A stretch of DNA of 64,000 nt from Planctomycetota bacterium. GTDB lineage: Bacteria > Planctomycetota > SZUA-567 > H5-PLA8. Position 1 is the first letter of the stretch; each line of letters opens with the position of its first letter. The position numbers and the translations under genes were made by a program. Positions 1-14,439 of this stretch are shown here, one piece after another. The DNA lies in the NCBI GenBank assembly GCA_045863855.1, contig BTVV01000020.1, positions 1-64,000 of the forward strand. The letters are read 5' to 3'. A model generated the notes under the pieces. It was not told the DNA's origin. It saw only the letters and a list, made by a program, of their open reading frames with translations, and did no database searches.

Positions 1-70
1 AAAATGCTTGCCTATTCATCCCCCGTGGGGTTGATTCCCCTCAGCAGACCCCTGAAACGAGGAACCCGCC

Positions 71-754
71 ATGCCGCTGCACCCGCTTCATCCCGATCAG
101 ACCGGCCAGTTTCTCGAGTTGGGATACGTACTCGCTACGGGGCTGATTCCGAAGGATGCCGCGGCAAAAGCCGATCGCGCGGCGTTCCGCTGCAACGGGT
201 TCGATCCCACCGATCCCCAGACTTGGGCGCAACCGCCCAAGGGCGAATTCTTCGACGATCCCGACCTGATGGCGCTGTACACCGACGCGTTACTTGCGGC
301 CGGCGCGCAACTTACGTCCAATCCCTATCTGGCCGCGCAGCTTCCCAAACCGGAGAGCGCGTTCGTGATCAAGATTCTGCCGGCGCCGGGGCCGTGGAAG
401 CACGTAAATGCCCATATCGACGGAAGCTACGAGAATCCGCCGCTGCTCTCGTTTCCGCGGCAGTGGGATCTCTTCGCGATGATTTACCTGCACGATATCG
501 AGCCGCAATCGGGCGGCACGGTGCTCTGGCCGCGCACGCACCGCTTCGCGGAGGCGCTGATCCGCAGCCAGCCGACGCGCTTTAAATTCTTGCGGGAACT
601 GCGTCCGCTGGTCGAAGAATTGGCGCAGAAGAGCGAGCCCGTCGAATTGCAGCCTAAGGCCGGGGACGTGCTGTTCTTCCATCCATGGACGGTGCACTCG
701 AAGCCGATGAACTGCGGGAAGCGCCCACGCTTCGCAATGAACTGCAAGTGGTGA
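71..754 (+). CDS. PhyH-family Fe(II)/2-oxoglutarate dioxygenase
   Basis: HxD (NAHIDG), GGTVLWPRTH, GDVLFFHPWTVH and distal Arg; GAGG RBS. Confidence 0.8.
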   Translation: MPLHPLHPDQTGQFLELGYVLATGLIPKDAAAKADRAAFRCNGFDPTDPQTWAQPPKGEFFDDPDLMALYTDALLAAGAQLTSNPYLAAQLPKPESAFVIKILPAPGPWKHVNAHIDGSYENPPLLSFPRQWDLFAMIYLHDIEPQSGGTVLWPRTHRFAEALIRSQPTRFKFLRELRPLVEELAQKSEPVELQPKAGDVLFFHPWTVHSKPMNCGKRPRFAMNCKW

Positions 755-759
755 GGTTT

Positions 760-772
760 TTCACCGCGGAGG
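760..772 (+). repeat. REP-like inverted repeat, left copy (TTCACCGCGGAGG)
   Basis: Exact reverse complement at 1993-2005. Confidence 0.65.
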
Positions 773-883
773 CGCGGAGGGCGCAGAGAAGGACAGGAAT
801 GGAACTCATTAAAATATCGGGTCTGCTGGCAAAATGGAGAATACGTAAGGTACATTCCAAGGCATTGGTTTAGTTCCTTTGCA

Positions 884-1513
884 ATGCCTAGGCGATGGAT
901 TATGCGCGCCACTTTTAATCGTCGCTCCACTCCCAAAGTCAAAGACGGGCGCGTCCAGCGCAAGAATAGGCACCGTCCCACGAGCTTGGACGGATATGAC
1001 CTTGACCGCGAATCGCCGGAAGGCGGTTTGCATCATTTCGTCACCAAGCGCGATGTTCAGACCTTCGTCACGCTGATCCCCGACTGGCCGCGGCTTTCTG
1101 AACGACTTCGTCGAATACGCTTGGTTGGACATTACAATCAGGATGGCATGTATGAGTTTTATTATCGTGAAGAGACTGGGGTCATTCAATTAAATGCATG
1201 GCCCGAAGACTTGTGGATGGAGCTTCGTCCGGCGTATTTCGAAGCGCATCGGATGATCTTCGAGCGACTGGGTGTATCCTTCGATCGGCTTGAAGAAACG
1301 GTCCTGTGCCGTTTCACCGAAGCGCAGGTTCGCGCCTACATGCTTCTGCATGTCTTTGTGCACGAACTGGGCCACCACTATGACTATATGCATCGGAAGC
1401 CGCGCGGCAAAAGCCGTGGCGAGGGGTTCGCCGAAGAGTTCGCCAATCGCCGCTTCGAAACCTTGTATCCGGCCTACGTGCGCGTCTTCGGCGATCCGGC
1501 TAAGTCGCGCTGA
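884..1513 (+). CDS. Hypothetical protein with HExxH zincin-like motif
   Basis: HELGHH followed by E in GEGFAEEF; start could be 902. Confidence 0.7.
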   Translation: MPRRWIMRATFNRRSTPKVKDGRVQRKNRHRPTSLDGYDLDRESPEGGLHHFVTKRDVQTFVTLIPDWPRLSERLRRIRLVGHYNQDGMYEFYYREETGVIQLNAWPEDLWMELRPAYFEAHRMIFERLGVSFDRLEETVLCRFTEAQVRAYMLLHVFVHELGHHYDYMHRKPRGKSRGEGFAEEFANRRFETLYPAYVRVFGDPAKSR

Positions 1514-1547
1514 GCGATGTGTAATAGCCAGTCCCCAACTCCGTGAT

Positions 1548-1919
1548 TTGCTTAAATTGCATGGCGCAGAAGGGCGACTCTACATTCGGGCCACTCTTTA
1601 CATTCCAGTCGAAGACCTTGAGCGAGCCATTGAATTCTATCAAAGCGCCTTTGAGTGCACGGTATTGGATCTCGTTGGATTTACGGCAACGTGCTCAATG
1701 TGTCAGCAGACGGTGATTCTGATCGACGGATATAAGTTTGAACCTGCCAGTATTCCTCTCATCTTGGACACCCCAGATATGGAGTCAGCTATTAATCGTG
1801 TATTAGAGGCTGGTGGGCAACTTGTTCCCGAGGCCGGAAAGGTATCTCCTTTTCCAAGCCAAAACTTAGTTCGAATTCTAGACTCTGAAGGCAATGTGCT
1901 TTGCTTGCGTGAATCTTAA
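1548..1919 (+). CDS. VOC/glyoxalase family protein (start uncertain)
   Basis: IPVEDLERAIEFY, DMESAINRVLEAGG, ILDSEGN; AT-rich codons; TTG start assumed. Confidence 0.7.
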   Translation: MLKLHGAEGRLYIRATLYIPVEDLERAIEFYQSAFECTVLDLVGFTATCSMCQQTVILIDGYKFEPASIPLILDTPDMESAINRVLEAGGQLVPEAGKVSPFPSQNLVRILDSEGNVLCLRES

Positions 1920-1992
1920 TATTGGTTGCTGCAGCCTACTTCTAAGGCTCTTGGCTTTACTAGGCCCTTGCTTACACAACCTGCTCCACCAT

Positions 1993-2005
1993 CCTCCGCG
2001 GTGAA
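1993..2005 (-). repeat. REP-like inverted repeat, right copy
   Basis: CCTCCGCGGTGAA is the reverse complement of 760-772. Confidence 0.65.
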
Positions 2006-2012
2006 CACCGCC

Positions 2013-4277
<2,265 letters not shown>

Positions 4278-4319
4278 GGCACGTAGGCACGCCATACGCC
4301 GCGCACCGAACCTCCCAAT

Positions 4320-5369
4320 CTACGGCTTCAGCATCATCTTTAACGCGTCATGCGGTCCGCGATGGGAGGCCAGATCCTCCAGCAAGCGCGGGCCTTCGGC
4401 CAAAGGAATACGGTGCGTGATCAGCGGCGGCGCCTGAACGCGCCCGCTGCGCAAGAGGCCCACGGCGTCGGCGTAGCTGGTCCCGCCGCCAACGGCGCCG
4501 ACGATGCGGCGCTGCCCGGCGATCAGGAAGTCGGGGTTGATCGGCGGGCGCTGGGTGTTGAAGCAGCCGATTACAACCAGCCGTCCCAAGCGGGCGAGCG
4601 CGGGAATCAGATGTCCGAATAACGGCCCCGCGCCGGCACATTCGAGGATCACGTCGAAGCCTTCGCCGCCGGTGAGGGCCTTGGCGCGTTCGGGAAGTTC
4701 GGGCGGCGTGAAAGACGACCCGTCGAGTACTTCGTCGGCGCCGAGCTTCTTAGCCAGTTCGAGGCGCGCAGGGACGCGGTCGAGAACCGTGACGTGCGCC
4801 GCGCCGCGCGTGCGCGCGCATTGCAGCGCCAGCAACCCGATCGGTCCGGCGCCGACGACCAGCACACGGTCGGGATACGCCACGCCGCCCTGTACGCAAC
4901 CGTTCAATGTCACGGCCGTGGGTTCGCTGACGGCCGCCACGTCGAAAGGAAGATCGCCGATTTTGCGCAGATTGCCTGCCGGCACTTTGGCGTACTGCGC
5001 AAAGCCCCCATCTTGATTGACGATGCCAATTTCGCGGCGATCGGAACAAACATTCTCGTAGCCCTGCTGGCAAAACCGGCACGCTCCGCAGCCGATGGCG
5101 ACGACGGCGATCACGCGGTCTCCGGCGGCCAAGCTCTTGACGCCCGAGCCGACGGCAACGACGGTGCCCGACCATTCGTGCCCCGGCACGATGGGGAGCT
5201 TGGCATAGCCGAGGGTGTAGTGGCTCAAGTCGTTGATGAATAGTTCGACGTCGGTCCCGCAAATGCCGGCGTACGCAACTTCGACGACGGCTTCGCCCGG
5301 ACCCGGCGCGGGATCGGGAAGCGTTTCGAGCTTCAAGGTCTTAGGAGCAGATAGAAGGAGCGCGCGCAT
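4320..5369 (-). CDS. Zn-dependent medium-chain alcohol dehydrogenase
   Basis: GICGTD, GHEWSG, CGACRFC..C, GAGPIG. Confidence 0.92.
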   Translation of the reverse strand: MRALLLSAPKTLKLETLPDPAPGPGEAVVEVAYAGICGTDVELFINDLSHYTLGYAKLPIVPGHEWSGTVVAVGSGVKSLAAGDRVIAVVAIGCGACRFCQQGYENVCSDRREIGIVNQDGGFAQYAKVPAGNLRKIGDLPFDVAAVSEPTAVTLNGCVQGGVAYPDRVLVVGAGPIGLLALQCARTRGAAHVTVLDRVPARLELAKKLGADEVLDGSSFTPPELPERAKALTGGEGFDVILECAGAGPLFGHLIPALARLGRLVVIGCFNTQRPPINPDFLIAGQRRIVGAVGGGTSYADAVGLLRSGRVQAPPLITHRIPLAEGPRLLEDLASHRGPHDALKMMLKP

Positions 5370-5652
5370 GGGCCTATTCTCAGGCCTCTCGCACGCGGCG
5401 CCAGAGTGTTTTGCAGGGTCCGCTGGCGCACACGTGCTTTGAGTGAACTCTTTCCGACGAGGCTAAAAAAGGTGTACGAACCTGCCGGGAAAGTCATGCA
5501 CTTAGTGCGTAACACCTTTCAGGGGAATCCTTTCAACGTGACTAAAGCGATCGGTTAATCACCTGCGGACGGGGAATGCAGCCTACAAGTTCGAGGTTCA
5601 GCCGGGGGGCTGAGCCGGGAAATTGAAGGGCTCGCCCGCGAGGGACCGACGG

Positions 5653-7122
5653 ATGACCCAAGACCCGACTCCGCGCCCGAAACTCCGCCGCACCACGGCC
5701 ACGAACGCCACCGTCCGCCCGCGCAGTACGACAGGCACGACGCAGGCATCGGCGCGGCCCGCCGTGGCGCCGACCGCCAAGCCCGTCGCCAAGCCGGCAT
5801 TGAAGCAGCCGCCCGAATCGAAGGCGCTGGCCGCCGCACCGGCCGCGAAAGTGTCCGTTTCCGCCAAGCCGCTGCCCGCTCCGCACGCGACGCCGACCCC
5901 GCTTCCGGCGGTCGCCCCGGCGGCTCCCGTAGCCGGCGCGCCGGCCAAGCGCGGCGAACGCGGACTGAAGTTCGCCGTCGCGGCGTTGAGCTTGATCAGC
6001 ATGACCTTGGCCGGATTGCTGGTGGGCGTAGTGGCTTCGAATGGGAGCGCAACGGTGGAAGCCAGCGCACCCGAAGCCTCCACACCTGCCTTAAAGCATA
6101 CGGCGCCGGCCACGCCGAGCGCTTCGAAGCCCGTGGCCCAGACCGTCGCTGCGGGGACGCCGGCGAGTTCGATCCGCGGCAATCTGCTGCTCGCGCGATT
6201 TGGCGCGAAGGTGGAAGGCGCGCACCGCAACGAGGTCCTCAACGACGGCGACGTGACGAACTACGACCACGGCAACGGCTACGGCTCGCACCCGCTGGGC
6301 GAAGGGCACAACGGGGCGATCGTCGTGACGCTTGCCGAAGCCCAGGAGCTGAACCGGGTCAAGTTTTTGCTCTGGGACAAGGACGACCGGCGCTACGCGT
6401 ACAAGGCCTCGATCTCGCCCGACGGTTCGAAGTGGATCGAACTGAAGGACACGACGAAGGAACCCGCACGGAGCTGGCAGGATCTGCGCTTTACGCTGCA
6501 GCCGGTGAAAGCGGTGAAGATCCAGGGTGTTTCGAACAGCATCCAGGGCGGCGGTTTCGATCTGATCGAGATCGAAGGCTACAACGATATCCCAATGCTG
6601 GAGCCGGCAGCCACGGCGGCCGTGCCGAGCGAAGCGGAACTGGTTCCCGGTCTGCGCGCCTGCTACTTCGACGGGATCAGCGGGTACGCGTCGGTCTCGG
6701 ACACACCGACGCTGATCGGCAGCGTCGCCAAGCTGGCCTTCCAGGCGCAGACGATTCAGGCCGAAGGCACCCCGGCGGGCTGGCCGCTGGCGCGCTTCGC
6801 GGCCACCTTCGAGGGGTACATCAAGATCGAGCAGAAGGCGACCTACACCTTCTTCCTGGAATCGGACGACGGCTCCCGCATGTACATCGACGGGAAGTTG
6901 CAGGTCGAGAACGACGGCTTTCACGGCATGGAAGAATCGTGGGAGCAGGTGGAACTGGAGCCGGGTCTGCACCGGATCTTCGTCGCGTACTTCGACGCGG
7001 GCGGCGGACGCGGCCTGAACCTGCGCTGGCAGTTCAACGGCGAGATGAAAGAAGCGGTACCGGCCGAGAAGCTCTTCCACCATCCGAGCGATCTGGACTC
7101 GCGCACCGTGGCCGCGAAATAA
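5653..7122 (+). CDS. Membrane-anchored discoidin (F5/8-C-like) plus PA14 domain protein
   Basis: Pro/Ala-rich N-terminus, one TM, SPDGSKW discoidin-like segment, PA14 motifs YTFFLESDDGSRMYIDG and NDGFHG. Confidence 0.8.
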   Translation: MTQDPTPRPKLRRTTATNATVRPRSTTGTTQASARPAVAPTAKPVAKPALKQPPESKALAAAPAAKVSVSAKPLPAPHATPTPLPAVAPAAPVAGAPAKRGERGLKFAVAALSLISMTLAGLLVGVVASNGSATVEASAPEASTPALKHTAPATPSASKPVAQTVAAGTPASSIRGNLLLARFGAKVEGAHRNEVLNDGDVTNYDHGNGYGSHPLGEGHNGAIVVTLAEAQELNRVKFLLWDKDDRRYAYKASISPDGSKWIELKDTTKEPARSWQDLRFTLQPVKAVKIQGVSNSIQGGGFDLIEIEGYNDIPMLEPAATAAVPSEAELVPGLRACYFDGISGYASVSDTPTLIGSVAKLAFQAQTIQAEGTPAGWPLARFAATFEGYIKIEQKATYTFFLESDDGSRMYIDGKLQVENDGFHGMEESWEQVELEPGLHRIFVAYFDAGGGRGLNLRWQFNGEMKEAVPAEKLFHHPSDLDSRTVAAK

Positions 7123-7164
7123 GGATCGGGTTTCGAGCGGCGCAAAGCGCCAATCGCACCGAGA

Positions 7165-7965
7165 TCAGCTTCCCGCTCCGGAATAGCGCCGCAGACCCGC
7201 GCGCCAGGTCAGTCCACCAACCGCCAGACACGCCAACCCCGCCAGCGGCGTCCAGTAGGCTTGGCTCGCCAGGAGCCCGTCCTTCAAGAAGGCCGTGGAC
7301 GGATAGTAGGCGATGTAGCCGAAGGGAATCACGAAGGTGAGCGCGAAAGCGACGAGCTTGTTGAAGATCGTGAGCGGGTAGTTGGAGAAGCTGAGCAGGT
7401 TGTAGATCGGCGGGATCAGTCCGACGCGCTCCTGGGACCAGAAGGTCAACGCGGTAAGCGTGAGGAAAACGCCCATCAGGACCGCCCAGGCGCTGAAAGC
7501 CAGCACGCCGAGCAGCAGGCCGCTCTGAAGCGTCCAGACCAGTCCCAGCTTGTAGGACGCGTAAGAAAGCACGGCGATGCCGAGTGTCAGGTCGGCGACG
7601 AAATCGAAGCCGATGCCTTCCATGAGCATCTGAAAAAGCGACGAGAGCGGACGCAGCAGGAGGCGGTCCATCTCGCCCTGCACGAGGTAGCGGTCGGAGA
7701 ATTGGTAGAAGTTCATCGCCACGGCGTCGAAGAGCGCGCGGGGCAGCAGCGCGAAGCCGTAGATGAAGAAGACTTCCTCGCGCGACCACTCTCGCAGCGC
7801 ATGGATGTGTTCGAACAGAAACGCGAGCATCAAGAGTCCGGCGGCCTGCTGCAGCAGCGCGGCGAGGCATTCCATCAGAAAATCGGCGCGGTATTCCAGG
7901 CGCATTTTGACGGCCTGAAGGACGTACTGTCCGCCGACGCGCAGATGCCGGGCCAGCCGCGCCAT
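7165..7965 (-). CDS. ABC-2 type permease (DUF990 family)
   Basis: LEYRADF, GEMDRLLLRP, YPLTIF, PFGYIAYYP; multiple TMs. Confidence 0.88.
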   Translation of the reverse strand: MARLARHLRVGGQYVLQAVKMRLEYRADFLMECLAALLQQAAGLLMLAFLFEHIHALREWSREEVFFIYGFALLPRALFDAVAMNFYQFSDRYLVQGEMDRLLLRPLSSLFQMLMEGIGFDFVADLTLGIAVLSYASYKLGLVWTLQSGLLLGVLAFSAWAVLMGVFLTLTALTFWSQERVGLIPPIYNLLSFSNYPLTIFNKLVAFALTFVIPFGYIAYYPSTAFLKDGLLASQAYWTPLAGLACLAVGGLTWRAGLRRYSGAGS

Positions 7966-7968
7966 GGC

Positions 7969-8769
7969 TTATCCCCCCAGCGCCGACAAGCGGCGGCGGA
8001 CGGCCATCCAGCCGAACTGGCAGCACGCGAGCAGGACAGCGGTCCACGCGGCCTGGAAAGTCAGTTCGGCGGCGATGCGTTCGTGCGGGATGCGCCCGAG
8101 GTAGAGCGCCATGGGTGTGTACGCGATGCCCGGAAACGGCGACCATTCCATAAACGTGCGCGCCCAAGGCGGGAAGAATTCGAGCGGCAGAAGCTGCCCG
8201 GAAAGGAACTGTAGCAACAGGAATTTAGCCCACAAAAAGCCCTGCAAATTCTCGACGAGCACCGCGGCCAGCCCGGTGATGAAATTCAGCGCGAAGAATA
8301 GGTGGAAGGCCAGGATCACGGAGACGAGGAACGCCGCGGCCGATAGCACGTCGGCCGGCCCTTGCAGGCCGTAGGCGAGCGCCACGGCGATCCCGACGGG
8401 CAAGCCCATGAAGAGGCCGCGGAAGAGCATCTCGCCGACGGCGCTGGCGTAGAACTGGAGCAGGAGCGAGCCCGGGCGGAGCAGGTCGGAGGTAATCTCG
8501 CCCTTGCGGATGCGCGCGGCCAGCAGGCTGTCGGCGTTGGAGAAGTACGTGCTGCGCACGATCCAATTGACGCAGGCGTAAGTCTGCATCGCGGCGAGGT
8601 TCCAGGTCGCGACGGTGGTCTGTTCGTGAAAGACGGCGGCCCAGACGTACCAATGCACGCTGGCGTAAATGAAGTAGTTGAAGACGCCGACGAGGTAGCG
8701 CAGGCGATGCGTGAGCATCACCATGAAACTGGAGCGCGCGAAGGCGTAGCCGAAGGTGAGCGCGGACAT
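7969..8769 (-). CDS. ABC-2 type permease (DUF990 family)
   Basis: IRKGEITSDLLRP, LSGQLLPLEFFP, PFPGIAYTP. Confidence 0.88.
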   Translation of the reverse strand: MSALTFGYAFARSSFMVMLTHRLRYLVGVFNYFIYASVHWYVWAAVFHEQTTVATWNLAAMQTYACVNWIVRSTYFSNADSLLAARIRKGEITSDLLRPGSLLLQFYASAVGEMLFRGLFMGLPVGIAVALAYGLQGPADVLSAAAFLVSVILAFHLFFALNFITGLAAVLVENLQGFLWAKFLLLQFLSGQLLPLEFFPPWARTFMEWSPFPGIAYTPMALYLGRIPHERIAAELTFQAAWTAVLLACCQFGWMAVRRRLSALGG

Positions 8770-8826
8770 GGAAACGGAGAGTTTGACGCGCCCGGTCACC
8801 GGGCGCAAAGCCCGATTCGGGGCGCG

Positions 8827-8997
8827 CTACTGCGGCTTCTGGTTCGAGAAGACGAGCCAGAACGCGTGGATCATGCCCGGCAAGCCCCCGAGCAGGAACA
8901 GGATGATGTTGATCCAGAAGTGCGTGCTGACCCCGACTTGCAGCAGCGCCGCGACAGGCGGCAGAATGAGGCAGAAGATAATTTTAACGATGATCAT
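8827..8997 (-). CDS. YqaE/Pmp3 family membrane proteolipid
   Basis: ILPPVA..FWINIILFLLGGLPGMIHAFW. Confidence 0.9.
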   Translation of the reverse strand: MIIVKIIFCLILPPVAALLQVGVSTHFWINIILFLLGGLPGMIHAFWLVFSNQKPQ

Positions 8998-9032
8998 GGC
9001 GTCGTTTTCCGGATCGACTTCGCCTACGGGAT

Positions 9033-9069
9033 TAAAAAGAGGGGCAGAGGACGAATCCCTCTGCCCCTT
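9033..9069 (-). terminator. Intrinsic terminator after TM2 gene
   Basis: AGGGGCAGAGG/CCTCTGCCCCT stem with U-tract on minus strand. Confidence 0.8.
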
Positions 9070-9113
9070 CTCCACCTTCACCATCCAGTGAATCGCCTGA
9101 ATCGAGAGGGAAA

Positions 9114-9341
9114 TTAGAACCAGTTCTTCCCGCCGTCGATGTAGGTGCTGTCGAATTCTTCGTCGCTTTTGGTGAGGTAAATAATTCCCTCAATCAAACC
9201 GATGATTCCGCCTACCATGAATAATCCAAGTACAAGCTGTATAACCCCAGGTACGGTCTTACCTAAGAAGAATTTGTGTACACCAAGCCACCCTAAAAGT
9301 ATTGCCAGAATGCCCGCTGTGACACGCTTGCCCGAAGCCAT
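9114..9341 (-). CDS. TM2 domain small membrane protein
   Basis: AGILAILLGWLGVHKFFLG, IEGIIYLTKSDEEF; AT-rich. Confidence 0.9.
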   Translation of the reverse strand: MASGKRVTAGILAILLGWLGVHKFFLGKTVPGVIQLVLGLFMVGGIIGLIEGIIYLTKSDEEFDSTYIDGGKNWF

Positions 9342-9492
9342 GATTGGACTCCTTCTCCCCGAAGGGATGAGTGTTTGAAGTAAATGAAGCGACCCGTGCT
9401 TCTAGAGCGGACTTCTCAAATCGCAAGCTAAACTTGGGACCAATTTAGCTGCGCATTCCCCTACCCTGTTATGCCTTCGCACGGGAGGCGCC

Positions 9493-9526
9493 AAAAGAAG
9501 AACGGCGGCTGCCGCCGCCGCTCTTC
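9493..9526 (-). terminator. Probable intrinsic terminator of glucosidase operon
   Basis: GAAGAGCGGCGGC/GCCGCCGTTCTTC stem followed by TTTT on minus strand. Confidence 0.65.
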
Positions 9527-9558
9527 GAAAACCGCTCGATCCTGCTCGCGTAATGCGC

Positions 9559-12378
<2,820 letters not shown>

Positions 12379-12453
12379 GGTTCGGTCTCCCGTCTCGCAT
12401 AGCGGGTCAACGGCCCGCCGCCCTCGATGGATCGATCCCTTCGGCGCGCGCCA

Positions 12454-14439
12454 TTAGCCGGCGCGCGATCCGGCATTCGTTTCGTGCAAACGCCGCCACG
12501 CACGCAGTAGTTCGGCGACGCTCCAGGCCTGCGCGAAGCAGCCGCGCGGCGCGTGCGGCGCCTCGGCGTCGAAAATCTCCGAGACGCTGCCCAGCCCGTC
12601 CTGATCCAGATGCCCCAGCAGCGGATCGAGCAGCTTCTTGAGGTGTTCGACGTTCCGTGCGCCGGTCCCGTGGACGTTCAGGCAAGCGTCGATGTACGGC
12701 CCGATCAGCCAGCCCCAAACGGTGCCCTGATGATAGCTGCCGTCGCGCTGGAGCGGCCCGCCGCCGTAATGCGGGACGTAGGCGCGGTCGCGCGGTTCGA
12801 GGCTGCGCAGGCCCATGGGCGTGAGCAGTTCGCGCGTGACCACGTCGAGCACCGCGCGCTCCTGGTTCGAGTCGAGCAGGCGATGCGGCAACGAGAGCGC
12901 AAAGAGCTGATTGGGGCGCAGCGCGCCGTCAGGGCGGCCACCGTCCTCGAGCACGTCGTACAGACAACCGCGCTCGGCGTTCCAGAACTTGGCGAAGGCG
13001 GTTTTGACGCGGGCGGCGGCGGAATCGTAAGCGCGGGCCTTGGCCTGCTGCTTCAGGCGCTGCGCGAAATCGCGCATGTGGCAGAGCGCGTTGTACCAGA
13101 GCGCGTTGATCTCCACGGGCTTACCGATGCGCGGCGTGACCACCCAATCGCCGACCTTCGCGTCCATCCAGGTGAGCTGGACGCCGGCGTGGCCGCCGCG
13201 GAGCAGTCCGTCGTCGTCGACCTTGATGCCGTAGCGCGTGCCTTCTTCGTGAGCCGCGACCATGGCTTCCAGGACCGGGAACGTCTCTTTCAGGAAGGCC
13301 TCGTCGTTCGAGGCTTCGAAGTAGGCGTGGACCGCATGGAAGTACCAGGGCGCCGCGTCGATGGTGTTGTATTCCGGCGCTTCGCTTTCGTCGGGGAAGC
13401 GATTGGGAATCATGCCCGCGTCGATATGCTGGGCAAAGGTCTTGAGGATCGCCCGCGCTTCGGGCAGGCGGCCGGTGGCGATGCACAGGCCCGGCAGCGC
13501 GATGAGCGTATCGCGCCCCCAGTCGCCGAACCACGGATACCCGGCAATGACGGTGCGGCCGCCCGCGCCGCGCTGGACGATGAACTGGTCTGCGGCCAAA
13601 AGCAGGCGCTGCGTGTGCGCGTCGGCTCCGGGAATCGAATCGGCCAGCGCCGTGCGGCGCTTGCGTTCGGCCTGCGCCAAGCCCTCGGCGCGCGCGAACG
13701 GCACGGCCTCCAGCCCGGCCACGAAGCCCGTCCAGATCCCGTCGCCGGCGGCCTGAAGCTTCAAGACGCCGGGGACGAACTGGTCTTCCTCGCTGTCCAA
13801 ACCGCGGTCGCGCTCGATGCGATACTGGTAGCGCCGCCGCCATTCGGGCCGTGATTCGAACGCGTACGCAGCGGGATTCACGTACAGCGCCGGCATACCT
13901 TCGTAGGGGCGGAAGACCAGCCCCTCGCCCGCGCGCTCGGGCTCGCTCCGAATGTGATCGTGCGCATGGGCCAGCGCATGGTAATCGCGGTAGGCCAGAC
14001 GAGGGGTAAGCTCGAAGCGCGCATCGGGTCCGCCGCCCCACTGCCGGTAGCGCACGACCACCGAGTCGGTTCCGTACGGCAGGAAGAGTTCGCGTTCGAC
14101 GCGCACGCCGCCCACCTGCCAAACCCAGACCGGCCACGGATCGAGCCTGAATTCGACCAGAAAACGGTGCCCGTCGGGGTGGATCACGCCGGGGAACTCG
14201 TGTGCGGCCATTGGAACGCGGCGGTCGGGCAGCACCAGTTCGTCGTCGCAGCCGCTCAGGAGCGCGCGGCGCTGGACGGGGGGCTGGAGCGCGGGAATCA
14301 GCCAGCCGTGGTAGCGGCGCGTGAACGGCCCGGCCACGGTGCCGGCGGCGAACCCGCCGCGGCCGTTGGTTTCGAGCCATTCCTTATTTAAGGCCGCCGC
14401 GTAATGGGCGCAGGTTTCCGGGCCGATTTTGAGCCACAT
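12454..14439 (-). CDS. Amylo-alpha-1,6-glucosidase (glycogen debranching enzyme family)
   Basis: EWLETNGRGGFA, IAGYPWFGDWGRDT, LTWMDAK, YHQGTVWGWL, QAWSVAE; alternative start 14475. Confidence 0.92.
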   Translation of the reverse strand: MWLKIGPETCAHYAAALNKEWLETNGRGGFAAGTVAGPFTRRYHGWLIPALQPPVQRRALLSGCDDELVLPDRRVPMAAHEFPGVIHPDGHRFLVEFRLDPWPVWVWQVGGVRVERELFLPYGTDSVVVRYRQWGGGPDARFELTPRLAYRDYHALAHAHDHIRSEPERAGEGLVFRPYEGMPALYVNPAAYAFESRPEWRRRYQYRIERDRGLDSEEDQFVPGVLKLQAAGDGIWTGFVAGLEAVPFARAEGLAQAERKRRTALADSIPGADAHTQRLLLAADQFIVQRGAGGRTVIAGYPWFGDWGRDTLIALPGLCIATGRLPEARAILKTFAQHIDAGMIPNRFPDESEAPEYNTIDAAPWYFHAVHAYFEASNDEAFLKETFPVLEAMVAAHEEGTRYGIKVDDDGLLRGGHAGVQLTWMDAKVGDWVVTPRIGKPVEINALWYNALCHMRDFAQRLKQQAKARAYDSAAARVKTAFAKFWNAERGCLYDVLEDGGRPDGALRPNQLFALSLPHRLLDSNQERAVLDVVTRELLTPMGLRSLEPRDRAYVPHYGGGPLQRDGSYHQGTVWGWLIGPYIDACLNVHGTGARNVEHLKKLLDPLLGHLDQDGLGSVSEIFDAEAPHAPRGCFAQAWSVAELLRAWRRLHETNAGSRAG

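Noticed and set aside
1272..1547. Upstream part of the 215-aa ORF
   Set aside because: Overlaps the HExxH gene out of frame; only the 3' VOC portion looks coding
1914..1990. Integron attC site after the VOC gene
   Set aside because: No convincing RYYYAAC/GTTRRRY paired ends and no integrase in the window
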